From contig UQYQ01000001.1 of assembly GCA_900545345.1 (NCBI GenBank), positions 34,426-98,425 of the forward strand: a stretch of 64,000 nucleotides of DNA, read 5' to 3'. The notes below the pieces were generated by a model, which saw only the letters and a program-made list of their open reading frames with translations, did no database searches and was not told the origin of the DNA. A program made the translations under genes and the position numbers. The first letter of the stretch is position 1. Each line of letters starts with the position of its first letter. Shown piece by piece: positions 1 through 9,890 of the stretch. Source of the DNA: an uncultured Ruminococcus sp. (GTDB lineage Bacteria > Bacillota > Clostridia > Oscillospirales > Ruminococcaceae).

Positions 1-929
1 CCTCTGAATATAAACAGTGCAAATAAAAGCATTACTATGACCGCACCTATAAGACCCAATTCCTCACAGATAATCGAGAATACAAAGTCGTTTTGTGATT
101 CAGACAAATACAAAAACTTTTGCTTTGATTCACCAAAGCCCAGTCCGAATACTCCTCCGGAACCTATTGCAAGCAATGACTGCCATGTCTGATATGTTGA
201 CCCTTTAATATCAGATGACGGATCACGCCATGATTGAAAACGCTCTGAAATATATCCCATATTTCCGTCTGTTATTGACTTAAACAGCAAAAACATTACT
301 GCCGCACCTGCACAAACACCGACAAATGCCCAAAAGTTTTTTCTGGGAACTCCTCCGACAAACATCAAAGAAAGTCCTATCATTCCGACAATTAAAACGC
401 CTGACATATGCCTTTGCAAAACAAGCACCATTGCACACAGACCGATAATTATCGCAAACGGAACAATACCGTATGTCCATTTTTTCGTAAACTTAGAATA
501 GTTCATTGAAATTATATATGCAAAAATAATTATTATCGCTACTTTTAAAAGCTCTGACGGCTGAAATTCAATACCGATAGTTATCCATCGTCTTGCGCCC
601 GCAACATCACGCCCTTTAAATGCAGTGAACAAATTCAAAATCCATGTAAATATAAAAAATAAGTACGCAAGCTTTGTATTTTGATACATATGATAATCAA
701 AGTGAGAAACAAAGTACATTACCACAACGCCCATTACAGCAGCAACTATCTGCTTTTTTGCATAGTAATATCCGTCTCCGTAATCATAAAGCCCCCAGGC
801 ATAACTTGCGGAAAACATCATAACAATACCAAGTATCAGCAATGTCATTACAATTATTAAAAACGGCTTATCCATATCAAACTTCATCCATCGGATATTC
901 CATCTTTTTCTGGTTTCAGAAGCCGGCAT
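1..929 (-). CDS. ftsW: SEDS-family peptidoglycan glycosyltransferase (FtsW/SpoVE), 5' part; gene runs off the left edge
   Basis: Reverse-strand translation from ATG at 929 reads MPASETRKRWNIRWMKFDMDKPFLIIVMTL... and continues ...IGSGGVFGLGFGESKQKFLYLSESQNDFVFSIICEELGLIGA, the classic FtsW/RodA motif; multi-TM; directly downstream of murF in the dcw cluster. The six-frame track shows only a 66-aa off-frame ORF here because this CDS has no stop inside the window. Confidence 0.8.
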   Translation of the reverse strand, partial: MPASETRKRWNIRWMKFDMDKPFLIIVMTLLILGIVMMFSASYAWGLYDYGDGYYYAKKQIVAAVMGVVVMYFVSHFDYHMYQNTKLAYLFFIFTWILNLFTAFKGRDVAGARRWITIGIEFQPSELLKVAIIIIFAYIISMNYSKFTKKWTYGIVPFAIIIGLCAMVLVLQRHMSGVLIVGMIGLSLMFVGGVPRKNFWAFVGVCAGAAVMFLLFKSITDGNMGYISERFQSWRDPSSDIKGSTYQTWQSLLAIGSGGVFGLGFGESKQKFLYLSESQNDFVFSIICEELGLIGAVIVMLLFALFIFR

Positions 930-1024
930 TTGTGATGGATCATATCTTGTCGACTTAGCTCTGCGATTATTCGCAGCTCCGGAATTAGTCTGCACTCTTC
1001 TCTCTCCCTTATCAGTTTATCTGT

Positions 1025-2383
1025 TTATTTTATCATCTCAATTATTTCTTCAAATTTCATACCTCGGCTTGCTTTGAATAAAATTGTGTCACCTTTGACC
1101 ATGATACCTTTAATATATTTAGCAAGCTCACTCTTAGAAGTAAATATCTTTGTGTTTTTTTCATTAAAACCTTTTTTAACTGCACCCTTTATATAAAACT
1201 CGGAAAATTCCCCAACACAAAGAAGAATATCTATACCGTTTTCACAAACCGCTTCTCCAACCGACCTGTGAAGTTCCTTAGACATCTTTCCAAGCTCCAG
1301 CATATCTCCGAGCACAGCAATCTTTTTGCCTTTATTCCCCACTTGTGAAAGAGTTCGGACAGCTGATTTCGCAGAATCAGGAGATGAGTTATAACAATCT
1401 GCAATTATCTTTACTCCGTTAATATCAGTGATATTCTGACGAATTCCGTCAGGAGCAAACTCACCGATAGCCTGAACCATAACCTCAGGGTCGATATTAT
1501 ATTCCCGTCCTACACAAAAAGCAGCAAGTGCGTTTTTTACATTATGCTCACCAAGACAGTTAATAACGGCTTTATGAACCAATCCGTCACAGTTTATATT
1601 GAACTCTATCCTGCCACCGACAGTTTTTATATCAGTCGCATAAACATCAGCTGATGAATCAGAAATCGAATAAAATATCAGCTTCCTTGACTCTCTTACT
1701 TCAACATTCTTTAAAAGTTTATCGTCTTTTGAAACAATCAGCGGTGCTGTTTCATCTGCTCCGTCAAGAATTTCAAGCTTTGCCTTTAATATATTTTCCT
1801 GAGAACCCAGATTTTCAATATGTGAAAAACCTATGTTAGTTATAAGACAAATATTCGGTTTAGCAGTCAGCGACAGTCTTGATATTTCTCCTGAATTAGA
1901 CATACCCATTTCAATAACTGCGGCTTCATGCTCGTTTGACAGGTTAAATAAAGTCATCGGAAGCCCAATCTCATTATTAAAATTTTTCTGAGTTTTGAGC
2001 GTCTTAAACCGTTTTGACATAACAAGCGACACAAATTCCTTTGTCGTCGTCTTTCCGACACTGCCTGTAATACCGACAAGCTTTATGTCAAATTTGTCCC
2101 TGTAATATCCGGCAATGTCAAGAAGTGCCGTTTGAGTAGAATCTACTATTATACATTTCGCATCATCTATTGCGCGCTCGGTTACAACAGCTGCTGCACC
2201 AAGCTCCATTGCTTTTTTTGCATAATCGTGTCCGTCAAAATTCTTGCCCTTAAGTGCAATAAAAACCGAACCTTTTTCTATTGTTCTTGTATCTGTTGAA
2301 ATTGATGTAACTTCTATATCACCCGGATATCCAAAGCTACCCTGTACTGCTGTCACTATCTCACTTAACAATAGCTTTTCCAT
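1025..2383 (-). CDS. murF: UDP-N-acetylmuramoyl-tripeptide--D-alanyl-D-alanine ligase
   Basis: 452 aa; Mur ligase P-loop GITGSVGKTTTKE; length and order (after murE) fit MurF. Confidence 0.9.
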   Translation of the reverse strand: MEKLLLSEIVTAVQGSFGYPGDIEVTSISTDTRTIEKGSVFIALKGKNFDGHDYAKKAMELGAAAVVTERAIDDAKCIIVDSTQTALLDIAGYYRDKFDIKLVGITGSVGKTTTKEFVSLVMSKRFKTLKTQKNFNNEIGLPMTLFNLSNEHEAAVIEMGMSNSGEISRLSLTAKPNICLITNIGFSHIENLGSQENILKAKLEILDGADETAPLIVSKDDKLLKNVEVRESRKLIFYSISDSSADVYATDIKTVGGRIEFNINCDGLVHKAVINCLGEHNVKNALAAFCVGREYNIDPEVMVQAIGEFAPDGIRQNITDINGVKIIADCYNSSPDSAKSAVRTLSQVGNKGKKIAVLGDMLELGKMSKELHRSVGEAVCENGIDILLCVGEFSEFYIKGAVKKGFNEKNTKIFTSKSELAKYIKGIMVKGDTILFKASRGMKFEEIIEMIK

Positions 2384-2447
2384 AATAAATTACCTTTTCC
2401 CAAACATTAATCGTAATATTTTAAATTAATATGATATTATAACTGTT

Positions 2448-3950
2448 TTATTTTAACTCTTTTAAAGCCTCTGCTACTACTTCTCTTTCATCGAGATGAA
2501 TTTTTACTCCTCCTGGAAGAATCTGATAATCCTCATGTCCTTTTCCGGCTAGAATAATTATATCGTCTTTCTGTGCATTTTTAACTGCCCAATGAATAGC
2601 TTCTATTCTGTCGGCAATTGTAATATACGGTGTATCAGTTCCTTCTAATCCCGTTAAAACATCCTTAATGATATCTTCAGGGTCCTCATCACGCGGATTA
2701 TCTGATGTAACAACTAGAAAATCCGCATTTTCAGCAGCAGCTCTTGCCATCAGCGGACGCTTTCTTTTATCTCTGTTTCCGCCGCATCCGAATAAGCATA
2801 CAACCCTTCCCGAAGAACAGCTTTTTATAGCGCTCAAAATATTAACCAAAGCGTCGGGCGTATGTGCATAATCGCAAATCACTGTAAAATCTCTGCCTGT
2901 AGGAACGACTTCCGCCCTGCCTCTGACACCCGATGTTTTGTCAATGAGTTTTATTATCTTCTCAGTTTCAAATCCCAGCTTATCCAAGCATGCAATAACT
3001 GCCAACGAATTAGAAACATTAAAGTGTCCCGGCATATTGAATCTTACGGGAAGCCTTGCTTCGCCATCACTGAAACTGTATTCAACGCCGCTCGCAGAAA
3101 GTCTTATATCATCAGCTTTAAAATCTGCATTTTCGGTTGTGGAAAACGAATACTTCTCACATTGTATCTCTTTTAAATATCTCTTTCCGCTTTCGTCATC
3201 TATATTTATCAATGCTTTATCACACATAGAAAAAAGAAGTTTTTTTGCCTTGTAGTAGTTTTCCATTGTACCATGCACATCTAAATGGTCCTGAGTCAAG
3301 TTAGTAAACAAAGCTATATCAAAATGGAGAGGTCCTACCCTTTTTTGCTCAAGCGCCTGAGATGAAACCTCCATTACTGTAAATTCGCATTTTTCCTCAG
3401 CCATTTGTGCTAACAGTTCATATAAATCATAAGGTTCGGGCGTTGTTCTTTCCGTATGAAGAATTTTATCGCCGATTTCATTTTGACAAGTTCCTATAAG
3501 CCCGACCTTAACTCCAAGTTCTGTTAAAACCTTTTTAATAACAGTTGTAATCGTTGTTTTTCCATTAGTTCCCGTAACGCCTATAAGCCTTAGCTTTTTC
3601 TGAGGATTAGAAAACCAATTAGCGCATAAAGCAGGATAAATCTCTCTTGTATCAGAAACAATTATCTGATTTTCAATCCCTAAATCTTTTTGTACAACGA
3701 CACACGACGCACCTTTTTCTATCATCTGCCGAGCAACACTGTGTCCGTCAAAGGTATTCCCTTTAATACATACAAACATAGCACCCTTTTTGAAATCTTT
3801 TCTGTTATCTGATGTTAAGTCTGTAATTTCAATATTTTCGAGAGTTGTTTCTGCCAATCCCTCAATCAAATCATATAATTTCATTTTAATAATGCTTCCG
3901 AACGAAGCCGTTCTCCTTTCATGAGCATTTGCTTTCTTCTTAAAACTCAC
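2448..3950 (-). CDS. murE: UDP-N-acetylmuramoyl-L-alanyl-D-glutamate--2,6-diaminopimelate ligase
   Basis: 500 aa ORF; GVTGTNGKTT P-loop, DNPR motif region, Mur ligase C-terminal domain; true start may be the internal MKLYDL at 3884. Confidence 0.9.
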   Translation of the reverse strand: MSFKKKANAHERRTASFGSIIKMKLYDLIEGLAETTLENIEITDLTSDNRKDFKKGAMFVCIKGNTFDGHSVARQMIEKGASCVVVQKDLGIENQIIVSDTREIYPALCANWFSNPQKKLRLIGVTGTNGKTTITTVIKKVLTELGVKVGLIGTCQNEIGDKILHTERTTPEPYDLYELLAQMAEEKCEFTVMEVSSQALEQKRVGPLHFDIALFTNLTQDHLDVHGTMENYYKAKKLLFSMCDKALINIDDESGKRYLKEIQCEKYSFSTTENADFKADDIRLSASGVEYSFSDGEARLPVRFNMPGHFNVSNSLAVIACLDKLGFETEKIIKLIDKTSGVRGRAEVVPTGRDFTVICDYAHTPDALVNILSAIKSCSSGRVVCLFGCGGNRDKRKRPLMARAAAENADFLVVTSDNPRDEDPEDIIKDVLTGLEGTDTPYITIADRIEAIHWAVKNAQKDDIIILAGKGHEDYQILPGGVKIHLDEREVVAEALKELK

Positions 3951-3999
3951 ATTTTAAAATATTCCTATAAATTATCTGTTTTCAGCGTTTAACTAAGTT

Positions 4000-6237
4000 T
4001 TACTGTGAACCGGCCTTTGCAACAGCAAATGTAACAGATACAATCGTTCCGACCTGTACTTCGCTTCCCGCTTTATAATTTTGGTCTGTTCCGGCAACTG
4101 CCCCGACTTCATCAACGGCATTGCCCTGTGCATTAAGATTGAGCCCTACGCTTTCAAGCCTGCTTTCAGCCTCACTTAAAGTCAGTCCCTTTAATTTCGG
4201 AACCGTAACCGTTTTAGCCTTATAATTACTTTCTGTATAGAGATAAATTGTTCCGCCGTGCTGAATTGAACCGTTAGCTGGAACCTGTGCTAAAACAGAC
4301 TTCCCGTTTCCTACTATTTCACAGTTAAGTCCCAATCCCTCAATTGTTTTCTGTGCATTTGAAATATTCGTCTCAAGAACATTAGGAACAGAAACAGGAA
4401 CCTTTTCAAGCTCTTCTTTTGTATATTCAGGGAAATATCCCAGATAAGGAAGTACATCATTCAGCACCTGAACACAAATCGGTGCTGCAACCATACTTCC
4501 GTAATAGTTTCCTCCTGTTGGGTGGTCAACCATAACAAGCATAACCAGTTCAGGGTCATCTGCAGGATAAAATGCACAGTAAGACGCAACATAAGTATGA
4601 CCTGAAACATCCTCGTCGATTTTTTGTGATGTTCCCGACTTTCCGCCTATTCTGTAGCCTTTTATATATGCATTTGAACCCTGCTGTGTATTTACCACAT
4701 TCTCTAAAACTTTTCTCATTGAAGCTGAGGTTTCTTCTGAAATAACCTGTCTCTTTTTAACAGGAGTAATATCTTTAACAATGTTACCGGATGAATCGAC
4801 TATTTTATCAACAACCTGAGGTGTCATAAGATATCCGCCGTTTATTACAGCAGAATAAGCAGTTATCATCTGAATAGGTGTAACTTTATTTGTCTGACCG
4901 AATGAACTTGAAGCAAGTTCAACTATTCCCAATGTTTCAGGGGTAATATGAATACTTGCAGATTCAGACGGGAGGTCTATCCCGGTTAACTCAGTAAAGC
5001 CGAACGCTTTGAAATAATCATAGAACCTTGTTCCGCCCAAGGCCTGACCTATCTGTATAAATGCAGGGTTACATGAGTTTACCATTGACAATGCAAAATT
5101 CTGAGAACCATGGCTTGTATATGTCCAGCAATGGAATGTTCTGTCCTCAACCTTAATTTTTGTATTACACGAAAATGTCTGATTGAGATTAATCGCACCG
5201 CAGTCCAGTGCTGAAGAACCGGTTACAACCTTAAATACCGATCCGGGAAAATAAAGTTCCGAAATAGCTTTATTCTTCCATTGCAATGCCCATGCAGCAG
5301 ATTGAATTTTTGAATATTTTTTGCTGTCCTCGTCAAGCCCCGCCAGTTCTTTTAGAGTATCCTCATCGGTAATTTGAGAAGGATTATTAAGATCATAGCT
5401 AGGATTTGTTGCCATTGCATAAACTGCACCTGTCTTAGGATTCATAATTATTCCGCAGGCTCTGTCAGTCGGCATATTTGTTGCAACGGCTTCTTTAAGT
5501 GCTTTTTCAAGATAATACTGAATATTCACATCCATATTAAGCACAAGAGAATTTCCGTCCTGTGCGTCATAATTCTGTTTATATCTATAAGGAATTTCTG
5601 TTCCGTGAGCGTCTTTTGCAGTCACAACTCTTCCGTCCACCCCGGAAAGATAATCATCATAATACTGCTCAAGACCATATATTCCATATCCGTCGTAATG
5701 AAGATGACCTATAACATTTGAAGCAAGTTCATTCTGAGGATAAAATCTCTTTGTTGTTGGAGTCAGCCCGATAGCGTCAAGTCCTATTTCGGTTTTATAT
5801 TGCGTGATTTTATCAGCAACTGTCTTTTCAACATTTTTCTTTATAATCTGATACATGTTATTCTGCTGACAAAGCTTTAATACTTTCTTCTGGCTCACCT
5901 CTAAAATTTCAGATAACTTTGATGATATCTGATTAATATCGGCTTTCGGATTATCCTGTGCCAAATAGTCTTTAAGCATCTGCGGGTCAACATAAACCGT
6001 ATAAACAGACGCACTTCTTGCAAGTGCCTGCATATTAGAATCATATATAGAGCCTCGGTTTGCAGTTACAACAGTACTCTGAAGCTGCTGCGAAGAAGCA
6101 AGCTCCTGATACTTATCAGCCTCTTTAACTGAAACCTGAAACATATTTATAAATATCCAGACCATGAAAATAAGTATACCCAGTGCTATCCAGATATTAA
6201 GCCTGCGTTTCATAAGTCCTGTTGGTCTTTCGTCCAT
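4000..6237 (-). CDS. Class B penicillin-binding protein (FtsI/PBP2B-like transpeptidase) with two C-terminal PASTA domains
   Basis: 745 aa; N-terminal TM anchor; transpeptidase motifs (SxxK region FPGSVFK, SxN, KSGT = KSGTSQK); two PASTA-like repeats at C-terminus; dcw position between ftsL and murE. Confidence 0.85.
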   Translation of the reverse strand: MDERPTGLMKRRLNIWIALGILIFMVWIFINMFQVSVKEADKYQELASSQQLQSTVVTANRGSIYDSNMQALARSASVYTVYVDPQMLKDYLAQDNPKADINQISSKLSEILEVSQKKVLKLCQQNNMYQIIKKNVEKTVADKITQYKTEIGLDAIGLTPTTKRFYPQNELASNVIGHLHYDGYGIYGLEQYYDDYLSGVDGRVVTAKDAHGTEIPYRYKQNYDAQDGNSLVLNMDVNIQYYLEKALKEAVATNMPTDRACGIIMNPKTGAVYAMATNPSYDLNNPSQITDEDTLKELAGLDEDSKKYSKIQSAAWALQWKNKAISELYFPGSVFKVVTGSSALDCGAINLNQTFSCNTKIKVEDRTFHCWTYTSHGSQNFALSMVNSCNPAFIQIGQALGGTRFYDYFKAFGFTELTGIDLPSESASIHITPETLGIVELASSSFGQTNKVTPIQMITAYSAVINGGYLMTPQVVDKIVDSSGNIVKDITPVKKRQVISEETSASMRKVLENVVNTQQGSNAYIKGYRIGGKSGTSQKIDEDVSGHTYVASYCAFYPADDPELVMLVMVDHPTGGNYYGSMVAAPICVQVLNDVLPYLGYFPEYTKEELEKVPVSVPNVLETNISNAQKTIEGLGLNCEIVGNGKSVLAQVPANGSIQHGGTIYLYTESNYKAKTVTVPKLKGLTLSEAESRLESVGLNLNAQGNAVDEVGAVAGTDQNYKAGSEVQVGTIVSVTFAVAKAGSQ

Positions 6238-6455
6238 AATAATCCCCCTTTCACCATTTAAGAACCTATCTGTTAAAAGCTAAAGAAATTTCTGCAATAA
6301 AAATAATTTATATAAAACTTAATTCACTCATATTCTTTATTCTTTTAGCTTTTTCATCAAAATTCATAAAATTCCATATAAGTACAAAAAAGCTAAGTTT
6401 AAAACTTCCGCCAAGAAGTATAAGCTTAACTTTTTAACTAATAATATCCTATTCA

Positions 6456-6932
6456 TTATGCTCCAAAGTATTCCAAAACACCTCTGAACCATTTCTTAAC
6501 AGACACAAAAATATTATCATCTTCGGTTTCAACAACCTCAGCCACGCTGTCATTTTCAACCTCGACATACTCAATCTGAGATTTATCAAGCTTTTGAAGC
6601 CCAAGCTTTTTTTCAGCATACTCTTCAACCTGAGTAAGTCCCGTTTTAGACTCGAGCTCTGACTCAAGGCTTAAATTCTCATCTTTAAGCTTTGACAGCT
6701 CAGCAGCCAGGCTTGATTGTTCCGAATAAACTTCACTAAGCTCAACTTGTCCGAAAACCATTGAGCATAGCAACGCTAAACCTATAAACCCTAAGATGGT
6801 GAACTTCATGGCAGATGCCGCTTTCGGCTGAAGCTTCAAATTTCTTTTGTGTTTGATTTTTGGCTTTGGCAAACTTCTCTCATCTAAGTCATAAGCCGCA
6901 TAATCATAAGCAAGATTATTGGTCTTCGCCAT
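6456..6932 (-). CDS. ftsL: Cell division protein FtsL-like (bitopic, coiled coil)
   Basis: 158 aa; single TM (FTILGFIGLALLCSMVF) followed by coiled-coil; sits between rsmH and pbp as FtsL does. Confidence 0.6.
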   Translation of the reverse strand: MAKTNNLAYDYAAYDLDERSLPKPKIKHKRNLKLQPKAASAMKFTILGFIGLALLCSMVFGQVELSEVYSEQSSLAAELSKLKDENLSLESELESKTGLTQVEEYAEKKLGLQKLDKSQIEYVEVENDSVAEVVETEDDNIFVSVKKWFRGVLEYFGA

Positions 6933-7173
6933 TTGTTCTACACCTCATTCTTTGGCGTATTTGTTTTCTCTCTTTCTCTTGTCTACAGTTCTTTTATTCT
7001 GTCGCCCAAGGCTTATTTTATTTTTATCAAAGCCTTTTCTTTTTCATGTCTTTTTCTTTTGTTCTAAGATAGCTTTTTTATCTGTCGCTATTCTTATTTT
7101 TTGTTGTAACCTTTTCTTTTCCCTTTAGTCTTTTTATTTTGCTGCTTGTCCGAAGCACACGCTTAGCATTTGT

Positions 7174-8094
7174 CTATATCTTTTCTATAATACGCAGCTT
7201 AGCACTTCGGCTTCTGTTGTTAACCTCAAGCTCGTCTTGTGACGCTGAAATAGGCTTTCTGTTCACAAGCTTGCCTCTCGGTTTCTTACCGCAGACGCAC
7301 TGCGGAAAATCAGGCGGACAAATACACCCTTTGCAAAAACTTGCAAACCTTTGTTTAACAAGCCTGTCCTCAAGCGAATGAAATGAAATAATACAGAGCC
7401 TGCCGCCGCTGTTTAATGCGTCAAAAGCCTTGTCAAGAGCAATGTTTAAATGCTCTAACTCCGCATTCACTTCAATTCTTATTGCCTGAAATGTTTTTTT
7501 GCACGGATTTTTCTCACGCCTTACCCTTTGAGGAACTGAGTCTTTTATTATCTCTGCCAGTTCAAGGGTTGTTTCAATTGGTTTTGTTTCTCTTGTCTTC
7601 ACAATAGCTGATGCAATGCTTCTTGAAAACTTCTCTTCGCCGTATTCAAACAAGATTCTTGAAAGTTCCTCATAAGAGTATGTATTAACTACATCTCTCG
7701 CCGAAAGACCTTCACCGCTCATTCTCATATCAAGCGGAGCGTCATTATGATAAGAAAAACCTCGCTCAGCTTTATCTAATTGGTACGACGAAACACCCAA
7801 ATCCAGTAGGATTCCGTCAACACCGTTTATTGAAAGGTTTTTTAAAACCTCATCAATCTCAGAATAATTTGCCTTCACAACCACAGCATTGTAATTTTTC
7901 AGCCGTTCGGATGCTGCTTTGACAGCTGCCGGGTCACGGTCAATAGCAATGAGCTTCCCTGTTTTCAGTCTCTTTGCTATTTCTTTTGAATGACCTGCAC
8001 CGCCTGCGGTCCCGTCAACATATATACCGTCTGGTTTTATGCTAAGTCCTTCAATACATTCATCCAGTAATACTGATATGTGTGAAAATTCCAC
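7174..8094 (-). CDS. rsmH: 16S rRNA (cytosine1402-N4)-methyltransferase RsmH (MraW)
   Basis: 306 aa; SAM-binding GYVDGTAGGAGHS motif; follows mraZ. Confidence 0.9.
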   Translation of the reverse strand: MEFSHISVLLDECIEGLSIKPDGIYVDGTAGGAGHSKEIAKRLKTGKLIAIDRDPAAVKAASERLKNYNAVVVKANYSEIDEVLKNLSINGVDGILLDLGVSSYQLDKAERGFSYHNDAPLDMRMSGEGLSARDVVNTYSYEELSRILFEYGEEKFSRSIASAIVKTRETKPIETTLELAEIIKDSVPQRVRREKNPCKKTFQAIRIEVNAELEHLNIALDKAFDALNSGGRLCIISFHSLEDRLVKQRFASFCKGCICPPDFPQCVCGKKPRGKLVNRKPISASQDELEVNNRSRSAKLRIIEKI

Positions 8095-8115
8095 TTAGCC
8101 ACCATCTCTCATAAA

Positions 8116-8556
8116 CTAAAAGTCAAGCTCTTCAAGCTCTTCAACAAACTTGTCGTCGTCATATTCTTCATTCGCCTTGTCCCAAGCCTGCTTATCCCAA
8201 ATTTCAGCCCTTGATGAAACTCCTGCCACAACGACTTCTTTTGTAAGGTTTGCAAGCTCTCTTAAACTCTGCGGAACAAGTATTCTGCCCTGCTTGTCAG
8301 CTTCTACCTCACTGGCCCATGCCATAAAATGCCTTTGAATTCCTTTTCCTTTACCCATAGGCAAGGAGCTGATTTTTTCAGCCATAGCCTCAAAGTCTTC
8401 AAGTGAATATACGAAAAGACAACCGTCAATTCCTCTTGTTATGATGAACTTTTCGCCGACTACTTCTCTAAGCTTTGTCGGAAAGCTCATTCTTCCTTTA
8501 GCATCCATAGACTGAAAATATGTACCTTTTAACATACTTGTCGGCAAACCGTTCAC
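8116..8556 (-). CDS. mraZ: Transcriptional regulator MraZ
   Basis: 146 aa; duplicated SpoVT/AbrB-like MraZ halves (DAKGRxxxP and DKQGRIL motifs); first gene of dcw cluster. Confidence 0.9.
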   Translation of the reverse strand: MNGLPTSMLKGTYFQSMDAKGRMSFPTKLREVVGEKFIITRGIDGCLFVYSLEDFEAMAEKISSLPMGKGKGIQRHFMAWASEVEADKQGRILVPQSLRELANLTKEVVVAGVSSRAEIWDKQAWDKANEEYDDDKFVEELEELDF

Positions 8557-8639
8557 CTCCCTTACAGAATTTAAAGCAATCCAATCATTAACAATGCAAA
8601 ATCATCATTGTTGATTTTTGTTGAAAACTTTTTAAAAAT

Positions 8640-8676
8640 CAATAGTTTTCAACGGTTTCAACAGTTTTTTCAACAG
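8640..8676 (-). promoter_or_regulatory. Three direct repeats TCAAC(G/A)GTT at ~10-13 bp spacing upstream of mraZ; candidate MraZ operator
   Basis: Sequence ttcaacggtttcaacagttttttcaacagtt lies 85-120 bp upstream of the mraZ start; MraZ proteins are known to bind arrays of short direct repeats in their own promoter. Confidence 0.35.
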
Positions 8677-9204
8677 TTAGGGATTGGCCACCACTTTTTT
8701 GCACTGTTTGCCACTTAAAGTTATTATACACTAATAATTCATCAATTGCAACCGCCTTACAGCAATTTTAATGTTAGATAATTCGACAATGTTTATATAT
8801 ATGTTTTATGCAACTTTACCAAATATGCTGATAAATCATAGGTCGTTCGACAATTTACTACATAATATTCTTGTTAAATTGCACTTAATTACCATTCCCT
8901 ATTTTTGAACTATATATTTAAAGTATGTTTATTGTCTAAATTGATACAAATTTTATTCTACCTTTTGCACAAGTGATGATATAATTTATCCTCAATCAAT
9001 TATGTTATTTGCACATAAGTAAAATTGACCGTCGGTTTTACACTGAAATTCATTGTTGATTTACAACAATCAGAATGAAAAACAAACCGGAAAACTTATG
9101 CTATACATACAATTGCGTGATAAGATTTTCCGATATTCTAAAATTTGCAATGGTCGGAAAAAACAGCTAAAATTAAACTATCAAAACAGAAAGGTGTAAT
9201 TGAA

Positions 9205-9720
9205 ATGAAAAAAAACTCTGACTTAAAACTTCGTATTATCGTATTCACGGGATTGTTTGCTGCTCTTGTATGTGTGCTGACAATGCTTCATATTCCTGTC
9301 GGCAACGGATATATTCATGTAGGTGACTCACTGATATATCTTTCAAGTATGCTCCTTCCTTTTCCGTGCGGTCTGATTGCAGGCGGCATCGGCGGAGGTT
9401 TGTCAGACCTGTTCTCAGGATACCCTGTTTATTTTCTGCCGACTCTTATCATTAAATCAATAAACTCGCTTATTGTATATATTGTTGCAAAGCGTGACGG
9501 AAAAATAATAAATGTGCGTTCAGTACTGGCTGTAATTCTTTCAGGTGCTGTAACCGTTCTGGGGTATTATCTTGTAGCCGTTATTCTTTACGGAGGATTC
9601 GGGTCACAGCTTGCTACAATTCCGGGAAACATAATCCAAGCTGTCGGAAGTGCCTTGATATTTATTATATTGGGTCTGGCCTTTGACACGGCAAAATTAA
9701 AGGAAAAAATCAAATTTTAA
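9205..9720 (+). CDS. Small polytopic membrane protein, ECF-transporter S-component-like (substrate unknown)
   Basis: ~171 aa from MKKNSDLKLRI; 5-6 TM helices and glycine-rich GGIGGG segment typical of ECF S components (ThiW/QueT-like); preceded by a >250 nt untranslated leader. Confidence 0.45.
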   Translation: MKKNSDLKLRIIVFTGLFAALVCVLTMLHIPVGNGYIHVGDSLIYLSSMLLPFPCGLIAGGIGGGLSDLFSGYPVYFLPTLIIKSINSLIVYIVAKRDGKIINVRSVLAVILSGAVTVLGYYLVAVILYGGFGSQLATIPGNIIQAVGSALIFIILGLAFDTAKLKEKIKF

Positions 9721-9890
9721 ATAACACAGTTACATAAAACAGTAAATACATCTGCATAATATAATTGCAGGTGTATTTTTTTATTCAGATTACTTATATC
9801 GTGACAAATAAAAATTATTGTGATATACTATAACTGATTATAGAGTACCATTATAATAAGATAATTATTCGACATAGTAACGGAGGATTA

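Noticed and set aside
8557-9144. Possible replication origin in the long AT-rich gap next to the dcw cluster
   Set aside because: No DnaA boxes matching TTATCCACA/TGTGGATAA were found, and dnaA and dnaN are not adjacent.
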